Source: an uncultured Bacteroidales bacterium
Lineage (GTDB): Bacteria > Bacteroidota > Bacteroidia > Bacteroidales > F082
NCBI GenBank assembly: GCA_937902805.1
Contig: CALEMB010000103.1
Span: 6,095-70,094, forward strand
DNA length: 64,000 bases
Direction: 5' to 3'
Both the position numbers and the translations under genes were made by a program. This document shows positions 35,827 to 43,931 of the stretch, one piece after another; the stretch's first letter is position 1, and the number at the start of each line of letters is the position of its first letter. Below the pieces are notes generated by a model that worked only from the letters and a program-made list of their open reading frames with translations, was not told the DNA's origin and did not search any database.

Positions 35827-38800
35827 TTAATGCGTGTTTTTCTTCAGGTAATAGTCGTTGATCTTGTCCTTATAGTAAGGTGCGTATTCAATCGGGTTGG
35901 TGCGCAGGAACTCCTGGTTTTTCTTGAGCGACTGCTCGTAAAGATATTCGTCAATCTTGCGGTCGAAATGCGAACCCTTGTACTCGTTCGACTTGCGTTT
36001 TTCTTCTTGCTCACGCTTCTCCTGTGCTTTCTGCGACTCCAGCATCCTGGATTCTATGCGTCGGCTGCGCTCAATCATCTGTTGGTTGATTTTCTTGTTC
36101 ACCAGCTCCTCCTCCAATTGCTCCATATCCTTGATGATTTCGTTCAGTCCGTCATCGCCAAGTTGTCCGTTTTCCTTCATTTCTTTAAGCATCTGCTGCA
36201 TACCTTGTCGTATCGTCTCTTGTTCTGCCGCCATGCGCGCAAATTCTTCGCTCATGTTGGGCATAGGTTGTCCCGATTTTTCCATCTGCTGCATCTGTTG
36301 CTGCATTTGTTTGAGTTGTTCTCCCAACTGCTTTTGCAACTGTTGCATGTTCTTCGAGCTCTTGCCGCTTTGTCCGGGTTTCGGCTTGGGACAAGACTGT
36401 CCCATTCCCATCGACTCCATGCTGTCTTCCATTTCCTCCAACGACTCGGCAATCATCAAAGCCAAGTTGTTCATCGACATCATGGCGGTCTGTTGGTGGC
36501 GAGTTGCTTGCGAGAGCTTCAAGCCGTTGAGGTATTTCATGGCGTTTTCCGTCTGATTTTCAATGGTATGCAGCTCGTCAAAGATAAAGTTCTGAACCAT
36601 CGGTTGGCGCATTGCCAAATTGCGCAACGAGTCGCGAACCATATTAAAGTTATCAGCGATTTCCTTTTGCTGTACGATTTTCTGCACCAAAGAGGGGTCA
36701 TCGGTGCGCAAACTGGCGATGTCGGTCATCAGGGCTTCTTGTTCATGTGAGGCGTGGACTACATTTTCCAGCAGAATGCGCATCAAATGGGCATCCTCCG
36801 CCATCTGTTCCATACCGCCCATCTGCATCATCGACATCATGTTTTGCGCCATCTTTTGCATCTTTTTGCCCGCCTGCTGTTTCTGGCTCTGCGACTGCTG
36901 CTGATTGCCGTTTTGCTCGTTTTGCATGGCATCATCGAGGTTCTGGTTGATGTCTTGTTCCATTTCCTCGTCCTTTTCCATGTTGAAAGGTTGTTGCAGG
37001 TCCTTGTTTTTCTCCAAAAGCTGGTCGAGTTCGTTCATCATCTTGTCAAACTTCTCCTTGGCCTCCTCTGCGGATTTCTGGTCACCGTTTTGGTCGCCGT
37101 TCTCTCCTTCTGCTTGATTCTGGTTATCAGCGTTTTCATTTTGCAAATCCTCACCTAGTTTGTCCAATTTGTTGGCCAGGTCGGTGAGGTCTTTTTCCAT
37201 CTTCAGCTGCTCCAAAAGGGCCAGGTTGCGGTCGAGCAGGTCTTGCAAAGACTGGTTGTTTTGCTTGATGTTTTGCATCATCTGTTGCATCTGCTCGCGT
37301 GGCATCTCCTCAAGGAGTTTGTCGATTTGTTCCATGAGTTTCTGCAACTCCTCGGGAATCACTTCGTTGAAGAGTTTGTTGATTTGCTCCTGCTTCTTAA
37401 TGAGGTCTTCGTTGCCCAAGTTGTGTTCCTTCATGAAATCGGACAGCTTGTCTTGCTCTTCCTGTAGCTTGTTCCATTCTTCCTGAATCTGTTGCTGTCG
37501 CTCCATGAGGTCTTTCATTTTTTCCTTGTCGGACCAGTCCAAATCCTTCTTTTGGACGAGGTCTTGCAGCATTTTTTCTATCTCGTCTTGCAGTTTATTG
37601 GCCTCTTGCGACTTCTCGGAAAGGCGGTCCATAATGTCTTCCGACGATTGGTCGGCAATGCTATCCAAAGCGGCCTCAGAGGGCTTGTAATAAGTGAAGG
37701 TCTCGGAACGCTTCGACTTGGGCCCGTGGTAGCCATCGTTGTCCCAAATCTCAAAATACACCTCCATATCTTGCCCGGGCATGATGCCGAGACTGTCCAT
37801 GTTGAACTGGTAGAAGAACGAGGAGCGGGTCTGCTTGAGGTCCAAAGGCACAGTCTTGACAATGTTTTTCTCGATGGGTTCCTTGACTTTACAGTTGAAG
37901 GTCAGGCGGGTGAAACCATAATCGTCGGTGACGAGACCCGAGAAATAGACATCGGTGGAAAGCTCTTCGTCAAACGACTCCACGCGAATGTCAGGATAGG
38001 CATCAGGCAGCACATCGACGGAGAAGGGTAGGGGATCCAAGGTGTTGTTCCAGGTGTTCTCCACCTGTATCTCGAACTTGGTGGATTGTCCCGCCACAAA
38101 TTGATATTCGAAAACATCATCTTTGGCGGTCAAGTCGGTGACAAGCGAGTCACGAGTCAAGATGACCTTTTCAGTGTCGCGGGTGATGAAGTTGAAGGTG
38201 AGGTTGGTGCCTTGTGGGACGATGAGCCTCGTTTTAGCCTCTAAGGTCTCGTTGCTGCGGTGGATATACGCCGGATAGCGCACGCCGCAGCGGTAGGAGA
38301 GTAGGGTAGGGTTGGGGTGCACTGTAATATGGATGGGACGGCTGGTATATTCGCCGCCAACCACATTAAAGGTCAAATCGTTGTAAAGGTTTTTGAAAGT
38401 GTAACTGAAATCGTTGACAGAGCCTTTGGTCATCAGTTGTTGCCCTAACTCGCTCTTCACATAGAAAGCATCGGGGATGCGACCGCCTGTAACGTGGATG
38501 TTGAACTTCACCTCCTGACCTTGGGTGGTCTCGATTTCGTCCTGATCAATTTCAACCTGATAGGGGAGGGGCTTCTCAAAACTCTGCTCGTAGTTGACGA
38601 TGCGCTGGGTGGGCTGCACGGCAAACGAGGGCAAAAACACCATCAGCAATATTAATAAAAGGAGTAGCCCGAAAAAGACGCCCAGCCATTTCAAATTACC
38701 GCGCAAGTCAACGGCATCAGAAAAGTGGATAGGGGAGAGGCGTGCACTGCGTTGCTCGATAGTCGCGGCCAATAGGGCGTTATCTGCGGAGGTCCCTAAG

Positions 38801-39213
38801 CCTTGAGATCCCTGAGCTTGTCGAAGGGCCGAAGGGCCGACCCCTTTGCTAGAGTTTTCCATCTGATGGCTCAGCTGTATGGTATTCAGCAGCTTGTCCT
38901 TGATTTCGGGGAAAAACCTACCGATAAGTACCGAGGCCTGTTCCACCGACATCTTCTTACGGAAACGGATGAGGTTGACCAGAGGAATGAGGAAATGATA
39001 CACCAATACAAAGCCGCTGCCCACCAGCAAAAATAGGAACAACACAAAGCGACCCTTGGACGGGAACCATGAGAAATATTCCAATCCATTGATGAGCAAA
39101 TAGAAGACAATCCACAACACGGCACCCACCAACACGCCTTGTATCAGGCGGTTAAGGTAGTACTTCCGCGTGAAGCCCTCGATTTTCTCTATCAATTTAT
39201 TAGGTGCAGACAT
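35827..39213 (-). CDS. large membrane-anchored protein with long Q/E/M-rich coiled-coil region (DUF4175-like, tentative)
   Basis: Trimmed to the ATG at 39213 (MSAPNKLIEK...); the track ORF would run through tRNA-Thr. It has two N-terminal TM helices, a central beta-rich region and about 500 aa of low-complexity Q/E/M/K-rich sequence. Confidence 0.65.
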   Translation of the reverse strand: MSAPNKLIEKIEGFTRKYYLNRLIQGVLVGAVLWIVFYLLINGLEYFSWFPSKGRFVLFLFLLVGSGFVLVYHFLIPLVNLIRFRKKMSVEQASVLIGRFFPEIKDKLLNTIQLSHQMENSSKGVGPSALRQAQGSQGLGTSADNALLAATIEQRSARLSPIHFSDAVDLRGNLKWLGVFFGLLLLLILLMVFLPSFAVQPTQRIVNYEQSFEKPLPYQVEIDQDEIETTQGQEVKFNIHVTGGRIPDAFYVKSELGQQLMTKGSVNDFSYTFKNLYNDLTFNVVGGEYTSRPIHITVHPNPTLLSYRCGVRYPAYIHRSNETLEAKTRLIVPQGTNLTFNFITRDTEKVILTRDSLVTDLTAKDDVFEYQFVAGQSTKFEIQVENTWNNTLDPLPFSVDVLPDAYPDIRVESFDEELSTDVYFSGLVTDDYGFTRLTFNCKVKEPIEKNIVKTVPLDLKQTRSSFFYQFNMDSLGIMPGQDMEVYFEIWDNDGYHGPKSKRSETFTYYKPSEAALDSIADQSSEDIMDRLSEKSQEANKLQDEIEKMLQDLVQKKDLDWSDKEKMKDLMERQQQIQEEWNKLQEEQDKLSDFMKEHNLGNEDLIKKQEQINKLFNEVIPEELQKLMEQIDKLLEEMPREQMQQMMQNIKQNNQSLQDLLDRNLALLEQLKMEKDLTDLANKLDKLGEDLQNENADNQNQAEGENGDQNGDQKSAEEAKEKFDKMMNELDQLLEKNKDLQQPFNMEKDEEMEQDINQNLDDAMQNEQNGNQQQSQSQKQQAGKKMQKMAQNMMSMMQMGGMEQMAEDAHLMRILLENVVHASHEQEALMTDIASLRTDDPSLVQKIVQQKEIADNFNMVRDSLRNLAMRQPMVQNFIFDELHTIENQTENAMKYLNGLKLSQATRHQQTAMMSMNNLALMIAESLEEMEDSMESMGMGQSCPKPKPGQSGKSSKNMQQLQKQLGEQLKQMQQQMQQMEKSGQPMPNMSEEFARMAAEQETIRQGMQQMLKEMKENGQLGDDGLNEIIKDMEQLEEELVNKKINQQMIERSRRIESRMLESQKAQEKREQEEKRKSNEYKGSHFDRKIDEYLYEQSLKKNQEFLRTNPIEYAPYYKDKINDYYLKKNTH

Positions 39214-39221
39214 ATCAGGTG

Positions 39222-39229
39222 CAAAGATA
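39222..39229 (-). promoter_or_regulatory. -7 box (TATCTTTG) of the DUF4175-like/ybeY/mnmG operon
   Basis: Exact match, 8 nt upstream of the ATG at 39213 and directly after the tRNA-Thr terminator. Confidence 0.55.
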
Positions 39230-39230
39230 C

Positions 39231-39256
39231 AAAAAAATGAGAACCCGCAGGTTCTC
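39231..39256 (-). terminator. intrinsic terminator after tRNA-Thr
   Basis: On the minus strand, hairpin GAGAACC-TGCG-GGTTCTC is followed by ATTTTTTT. Confidence 0.7.
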
Positions 39257-39270
39257 ATTTTTTTGTCTAG

Positions 39271-39343
<73 letters not shown>

Positions 39344-39358
39344 TTCTCAATGCGGCTG

Positions 39359-39366
39359 CAAAAATA
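39359..39366 (-). promoter_or_regulatory. -7 box (TATTTTTG) of tRNA-Thr
   Basis: Exact match, 15 nt upstream of the tRNA 5' end, in the same 17-nt context GTATTTTTGCAGCCGCA as the tRNA-Asn promoter. Confidence 0.6.
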
Positions 39367-39508
39367 CAACTTTTTGGGAAATGTTATACAAAAAATGAAT
39401 AAAATTTCTTTGCTTACTCATGCCATATTGATTCATTATTTGATGCTTCTGTATAACAATGTCATAACTTAGAGGTATCAATGCCATACCCTATACAAGG
39501 TCTTGATA

Positions 39509-39585
39509 AAGTCATAGTAAAGTCATAGTAAAGTCTCGGTTAAGTTTCGGTTGAGTCTCGGTTAAGTTTCGGTTGGGTCTCGGTC
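39509..39585. repeat. seven tandem 11-bp units
   Basis: The units read AAGTCATAGTA AAGTCATAGTA AAGTCTCGGTT AAGTTTCGGTT GAGTCTCGGTT AAGTTTCGGTT GGGTCTCGGTC. Confidence 0.95.
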
Positions 39586-39714
39586 TGCTTCTTCCATTTT
39601 ACCCCATACATTCCAACTCTCAACCCCTCCCCTACCCTATTGTAATCGGTATAGCATCAAGAAAAAAGTTTTATAAACTCATCGACATGCTTTTTTCTCT
39701 TTTCTCGCTCGCTG

Positions 39715-39722
39715 CAAAGATA
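39715..39722 (-). promoter_or_regulatory. orphan -7 box (TATCTTTG) pointing leftwards into the non-coding spacer
   Basis: Exact match in the context TGTATCTTTGCAGCG. There is no ORF longer than about 23 codons downstream before tRNA-Thr, which has its own promoter. Confidence 0.35.
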
Positions 39723-39857
39723 CAAATTTTCGCCCAATTTACCATGTTTTTTCGTTTTTTGTTTATATATATGTTGAAAAATCAACGATTTAAAAATTTT
39801 CTACCGAAAAATACAACAAAAAAACTAAAAAATTAGTTGTATATGTAAAATATTCTC

Positions 39858-39865
39858 TATATTTG
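39858..39865 (+). promoter_or_regulatory. -7 box (TATATTTG) of the blaI/blaR-like operon
   Basis: Exact match, 30 nt upstream of the ATG at 39896. Confidence 0.55.
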
Positions 39866-39895
39866 CAGCGTTATATCATCAAAAAGACCACAGCC

Positions 39896-40270
39896 ATGAA
39901 AGAATTGACTAAAGGAGAGGAACAAGTGATGCAAGTCATCTGGAGCATCGATCAGGGCTTTGCCAACGAGATTATGGCGGCCTTCCCCGAGCCCAAGCCG
40001 GCCTACAACACCGTGCTGACCGTCATCAAGATATTGGAAAACAAAGGCTTCGTGAAACACGAGACCTTCTGCCGCGCCAACCGCTATTCTGCTGCCATTA
40101 GTAAAGAGGAGTATTCAAAGCATTTCCTCGGCAGCGTGGTGGAACGCTATTTCAACAATTCCTATTTAGACCTCGTTTCGGCCTTCGCCAAAAAGGAGAA
40201 CTTCAGCGTTGAGGAACTGGAGGAAATGAGAAAAACCATCGACGAGGCCATCGCCTCAGAAAGGAGTTAA
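39896..40270 (+). CDS. BlaI/MecI/CopY-family transcriptional repressor
   Basis: Trimmed to the ATG at 39896 (MKELTKGEEQVMQVIW...), about 125 aa with a winged helix. It is followed 3 nt later by the M56 sensor gene. Confidence 0.85.
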   Translation: MKELTKGEEQVMQVIWSIDQGFANEIMAAFPEPKPAYNTVLTVIKILENKGFVKHETFCRANRYSAAISKEEYSKHFLGSVVERYFNNSYLDLVSAFAKKENFSVEELEEMRKTIDEAIASERS

Positions 40271-40273
40271 GCC

Positions 40274-42277
40274 ATGAACGCACAAGAATTAATCATCGGT
40301 CACGTGCTGCCCATCGCAGCCACCGTCGCGGTGCTTTGGTTGGTGTATCGCCTATTGTTCCGCAATAGCAACCGCCTGAAATTCAACCGTTTCTTCCTGC
40401 TGACGAGCATGCTGTTGGCTTTGGCCATGCCCTTGCTTGGCCTGCTTTCAGGGATGGAAGTGCCGCAGATGGCGACCTTGAAACAAAACATGTTCAACGG
40501 CATGATGTTGAGCGAAGTCGTCGTGACGCCCGACGGTCAGCCCGTCTTGCCCGAAGTGACGGTGACCACCAATACTACGCCTTCACGTTTCAGCCTATGG
40601 CAAGTCTTTGTCGGTATTTATTTAATAGGTGTCGGCGTGATGACGCTGCTGTTTCTCATCAAGTTGGGAAGACTCGTGGTGCTCATCATCCGTTCGCCCA
40701 AACGTAAGATGAGTAGCTGCACGGCAGTGTTTACTGGTCGTGAACAAGGCTCGTTTTCCTTTTTCCGTTATGCCTTTTTCCCCAACGAAAATGTGGACCC
40801 CGACATTATGAGGCACGAGATGAGCCACATCACCCACCACCATTCGTGGGATATCCTCTTCGCCGAGGTGATGATGATACTGCAGTGGTTTAACCCTTTC
40901 ATCTATCTGTATAAGAAGGAGTTGCAGAGCCTTCATGAATATCAGGCCGACCGCGACGTGGTGGCCACCGGCGTTGACAAAAAGAACTACATGATGCTGA
41001 TTCTGCAGCAGTGCACGGCTGTCGATTTCAGCGGAATGAGCAATAACTTCAGTTTAATCCTTACCAAAAAACGAATCAAGATGATTACAAGAAACGAAAA
41101 GGCCAAGGGCCTCTGGTGGAGGCTCTTGGCAACATTGCCGGTGTTGGCCGTCCTGATGATTGCCAACACGAAAGTGACGGCACAAGAACAACAACCCGAG
41201 AAAAAACAGATTAATGTCGAAATCGGGCAATTCGAAATTTTTGACGACAATGGCTTCCCGATGGATTTGACGGATACCATCATCTATAACGAAGACGGTT
41301 CATACGTCCATTTTAAGACTACCGAAGCCCCCGACCCGATGACAGGCGAGATGCGCAGCAAAATCACAGCCACTTCCTGTAATGCCGATGGAACGCCCAA
41401 CGAAAACATCAAATTCACTATCAACGCGATAGAGAAACACGGTGATACGACGATGTACACCGTCGAGCCGTTCACTCTCGATGCTGACAATTTCAGACTC
41501 AGCATCCAAACCACGGAAGACAATCCTGTTCAGATTATAAGGAATAACAACGACAGCATCTATCAAATCGTTGAAGAGATGCCTCAATTCCCAGGTGGAG
41601 AAAAGGCCATGATGGAATACGTCGCCAAAAATGTCAAATATCCTCAGGAGGCAAAAGACAAGGAAATCCAAGGTAGGGTGTTTGTGGGTTTTGTCGTTGA
41701 AAAAGACGGCAGCGTTTCCACTGTGAAAGTCTTGCGGGGCATCGGCGGTGGCTGCGATGAAGAGGCTGTTCGTGTTGTCAGTTCTATGCCGAAATGGAAG
41801 CCTGGTATTAAAGATGGCAAGCCTGTCCGTGTTAGCTACATGATGCCGCTTAATTTTAAGTTAACGGAGGGCCAACCTGCAAAGCCTTCAAAAAAAGCTG
41901 ACGCAAACAAACCGGATATGAAACCTGATAAAGACGGTGTCTATCAAATCGCAGAGGAAATGCCACGATTCCCCGGCGACGACAAAGCCTTGATGGTATA
42001 TCTCCAGAAGAATCTGATCATGCCTGAGAAATACAAAGGCAACACTGATGAAAACCCAAGTTTGGCCGAATACCGTACGTTTGTCAAGTTTGTGGTCAAC
42101 GAAGACGGCTCGATTTCTGACATTCAGTTGCTCAGGAAGTCAGCCGAGTTCAAGGACCTGGACGAAGAGGCTATCCAAGTGGTGAAGTCCATGCCGAACT
42201 GGGAACCTGGCAAGATAGAAGGCAAACCCGTGAAGGTTTATTTTAACCTTCCCATTGTATTCAAATTCAGGAAATAA
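40274..42277 (+). CDS. BlaR1-type M56 peptidase sensor fused to two TonB C-terminal domains
   Basis: It has N-terminal TM helices and the motif HEMSHITHHH. Two TonB_C-like repeats follow: EEMPQFPGGEKAMMEYVAKNVKYPQEA...PVRVSYMMPLNFKL and EEMPRFPGDDKALMVYLQKNLIMPEKY...PVKVYFNLPIVFKF. Confidence 0.85.
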   Translation: MNAQELIIGHVLPIAATVAVLWLVYRLLFRNSNRLKFNRFFLLTSMLLALAMPLLGLLSGMEVPQMATLKQNMFNGMMLSEVVVTPDGQPVLPEVTVTTNTTPSRFSLWQVFVGIYLIGVGVMTLLFLIKLGRLVVLIIRSPKRKMSSCTAVFTGREQGSFSFFRYAFFPNENVDPDIMRHEMSHITHHHSWDILFAEVMMILQWFNPFIYLYKKELQSLHEYQADRDVVATGVDKKNYMMLILQQCTAVDFSGMSNNFSLILTKKRIKMITRNEKAKGLWWRLLATLPVLAVLMIANTKVTAQEQQPEKKQINVEIGQFEIFDDNGFPMDLTDTIIYNEDGSYVHFKTTEAPDPMTGEMRSKITATSCNADGTPNENIKFTINAIEKHGDTTMYTVEPFTLDADNFRLSIQTTEDNPVQIIRNNNDSIYQIVEEMPQFPGGEKAMMEYVAKNVKYPQEAKDKEIQGRVFVGFVVEKDGSVSTVKVLRGIGGGCDEEAVRVVSSMPKWKPGIKDGKPVRVSYMMPLNFKLTEGQPAKPSKKADANKPDMKPDKDGVYQIAEEMPRFPGDDKALMVYLQKNLIMPEKYKGNTDENPSLAEYRTFVKFVVNEDGSISDIQLLRKSAEFKDLDEEAIQVVKSMPNWEPGKIEGKPVKVYFNLPIVFKFRK

Positions 42278-42295
42278 TCCGATTCATAGGGCTAT

Positions 42296-42320
42296 AGGGC
42301 TGCCGTATCACGGCAGCCCT
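42296..42320 (+). terminator. hairpin terminator after the BlaR1-TonB gene
   Basis: Perfect 10-bp stem AGGGCTGCCG/CGGCAGCCCT with loop TATCA. There is no U tract. Confidence 0.55.
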
Positions 42321-42498
42321 AATCTATTAATAGCGAACAAACTGACTTGTGGTTGAGTCAAGTTGGTTCTAGTTTTGGTGTAGCTTCATTATCAATGCAT
42401 TACAGTCTATTGGTTTTACTCCCCTTTTGCTCCCCTATTGTCCCCCTTTTGGGCAACTCCAAGGTAACTACGACACACCTCATAGATAACAAGAAGGA

Positions 42499-43140
42499 TC
42501 AATTAAGGATCAACTGTTCCCACCGAATCTTTGGGACGAACTGCACGCCGTCGTTGTCGCGATAATACGCTAGTTTGTCGCCAGCATCGACGGCCTGCAG
42601 TTTAATGGTCTCATTGCCTTTGCCGATGGCCAAAATCAACAGCGGCTCGTAGGGCAACTGAAACGCTTCTGTAATCTTTGCCTTGTTGAAAGCTCCAATC
42701 ATAATCCCGTTGAGACCCATCTCGGTGGCTTTCAGCAACATGCTTTGCGCAGCAATGCCCAGGTCGATGTCGACAAACTTGTTTTCAGGAATCGTGCTGC
42801 AAATGATAATAAAGGCTTCGGGCTCGGTACCAGGGTAGGGGAGGTGCAGTTCAGGTAACAACCCACCGAGTTTCATGTTTTGCACGATGATATCAGCACC
42901 CGTTTCCTTGGTCACTAACTTGAAGCGAAGCACCTGTTGGTTTTTTGCAGAGGCGATTTTGGTGTTCACCGCCACAATGCGCTCCAACATCTCGCGCTTT
43001 ACCACATAGTCCTTCTGGTAGCCTCGATAACTACGGTTTTTCTCAAACAGCATGTCAATTGAGGTGTGCTTTACCACGGTCTTCTTGGCACCTTTGCCAA
43101 AGACTTCCTCATAGCGTTTTTCCAAATATCCGTCGGCCAT
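42499..43140 (-). CDS. nitroreductase family protein
   Basis: 213 aa with overall nitroreductase-fold sequence features (RSYRGY...; IIICS...; GIAAQSMLL). Confidence 0.7.
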   Translation of the reverse strand: MADGYLEKRYEEVFGKGAKKTVVKHTSIDMLFEKNRSYRGYQKDYVVKREMLERIVAVNTKIASAKNQQVLRFKLVTKETGADIIVQNMKLGGLLPELHLPYPGTEPEAFIIICSTIPENKFVDIDLGIAAQSMLLKATEMGLNGIMIGAFNKAKITEAFQLPYEPLLILAIGKGNETIKLQAVDAGDKLAYYRDNDGVQFVPKIRWEQLILN

Positions 43141-43151
43141 TTGTTGTTGAA

Positions 43152-43787
43152 TTAGCGTTCGTCGATGATTTTGGCATTTGGGAAATCGGCGGGATTAAAG
43201 GTGACCTGCTTGTCCGTCACGCCAATCTTGAAGTTCTCCATCGAGATGCCGATGCCATGTGCCTTGGTCTTCAGGTAGATGCAGGAATAGTCGGCTTTTG
43301 AAACAGCTATATTCATCCGCTTTGGGTCGTCCTTGTCTTTGTTCGACTTGTTTTTCTTGCACAAGATGTACCACACCTTATCGTCGGTCTTTTTCTCAAA
43401 AGAGAGGTCGTAACCTTTTGTGGCACCTTTGGCGAGATCCACATTGCCTGAGTTTTCCTTGCTTTCTTTTGGCTTGGCGTTGGTAATTTTCACCTCGTTG
43501 GTTTCGGGGTCATAATCCCAATCGGTCACGCCGTCGCTCCAACTGATGTTTTTCTTGCCATCGTTGTACAGTTCTATCTTCAGTTTGTCGCCCAGGGCAT
43601 AATTGGTGGATCGGAACTCGCCGATGATGGGAATGGGCATGATGAAATCGAAGGACATACCGAGGGAATCGCCTTTGCTGAGCTTTGCGCTCATGCGTTC
43701 GACGACTTCTTCAGGGGTTTGTGCTAAGAGGTTTGCAGGGGCTATCATCGCCACGACAAAGCAGATAATCAATGCTATACGTTTCAT
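43152..43787 (-). CDS. LolA-like/outer-membrane lipoprotein-sorting-like secreted protein (tentative)
   Basis: Trimmed to the ATG at 43787 (MKRIALIICFVVAMIAPANLLAQ). The sequence is beta-rich and lysine-rich. Confidence 0.45.
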   Translation of the reverse strand: MKRIALIICFVVAMIAPANLLAQTPEEVVERMSAKLSKGDSLGMSFDFIMPIPIIGEFRSTNYALGDKLKIELYNDGKKNISWSDGVTDWDYDPETNEVKITNAKPKESKENSGNVDLAKGATKGYDLSFEKKTDDKVWYILCKKNKSNKDKDDPKRMNIAVSKADYSCIYLKTKAHGIGISMENFKIGVTDKQVTFNPADFPNAKIIDER

Positions 43788-43905
43788 TTGTTGTTGGGTC
43801 GCACGGGTTTGGTTGGCGGTGCGACGTGGCAAAAATAGAAAAAATCGAAGATTTCAACATTTTAAGTGAAAAGAATTTCAAAATATTGAGCTATGGCTTT
43901 TTTTG

Positions 43906-43913
43906 TATCTTTG
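43906..43913 (+). promoter_or_regulatory. -7 box (TATCTTTG) of the DAACS symporter gene
   Basis: Exact match, 18 nt upstream of the ATG at 43932. Confidence 0.55.
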
Positions 43914-43931
43914 CAGCACAACGAAGCACCG

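Noticed and set aside
35767-37862. About ten overlapping ORFs on both strands (for example 35767-36750 plus strand, 327 aa) inside the DUF4175-like gene
   Set aside because: They are artefacts of the repetitive Q/E/M/K codon composition. They are L/F/H/C-rich nonsense with no independent signals.
39509-39585. Possible CRISPR array
   Set aside because: The units are 11 bp and directly abutting, with no spacers, and there are no cas genes in the window. This is a tandem microrepeat, not a CRISPR array.
39573-39836. 87-aa plus-strand ORF in the divergent spacer
   Set aside because: It starts with a non-ATG codon, reads through the tandem repeat and AT-rich DNA, has an F/L/I/K-rich composition and has no promoter in front.
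39345-39895. A canonical cluster of perfect DnaA boxes (TTATCCACA)
   Set aside because: None is present. There are only two 8/9 matches to the relaxed TTATNCACA, so the origin idea rests on gene polarity and AT-richness. I kept it as a low-confidence finding, not as a feature.
42347-42565. 72-aa plus-strand ORF in the convergent spacer after the BlaR1-TonB gene
   Set aside because: It has a non-ATG start, lies downstream of a terminator hairpin, overlaps the 3' end of the convergent nitroreductase gene and has no recognisable features.
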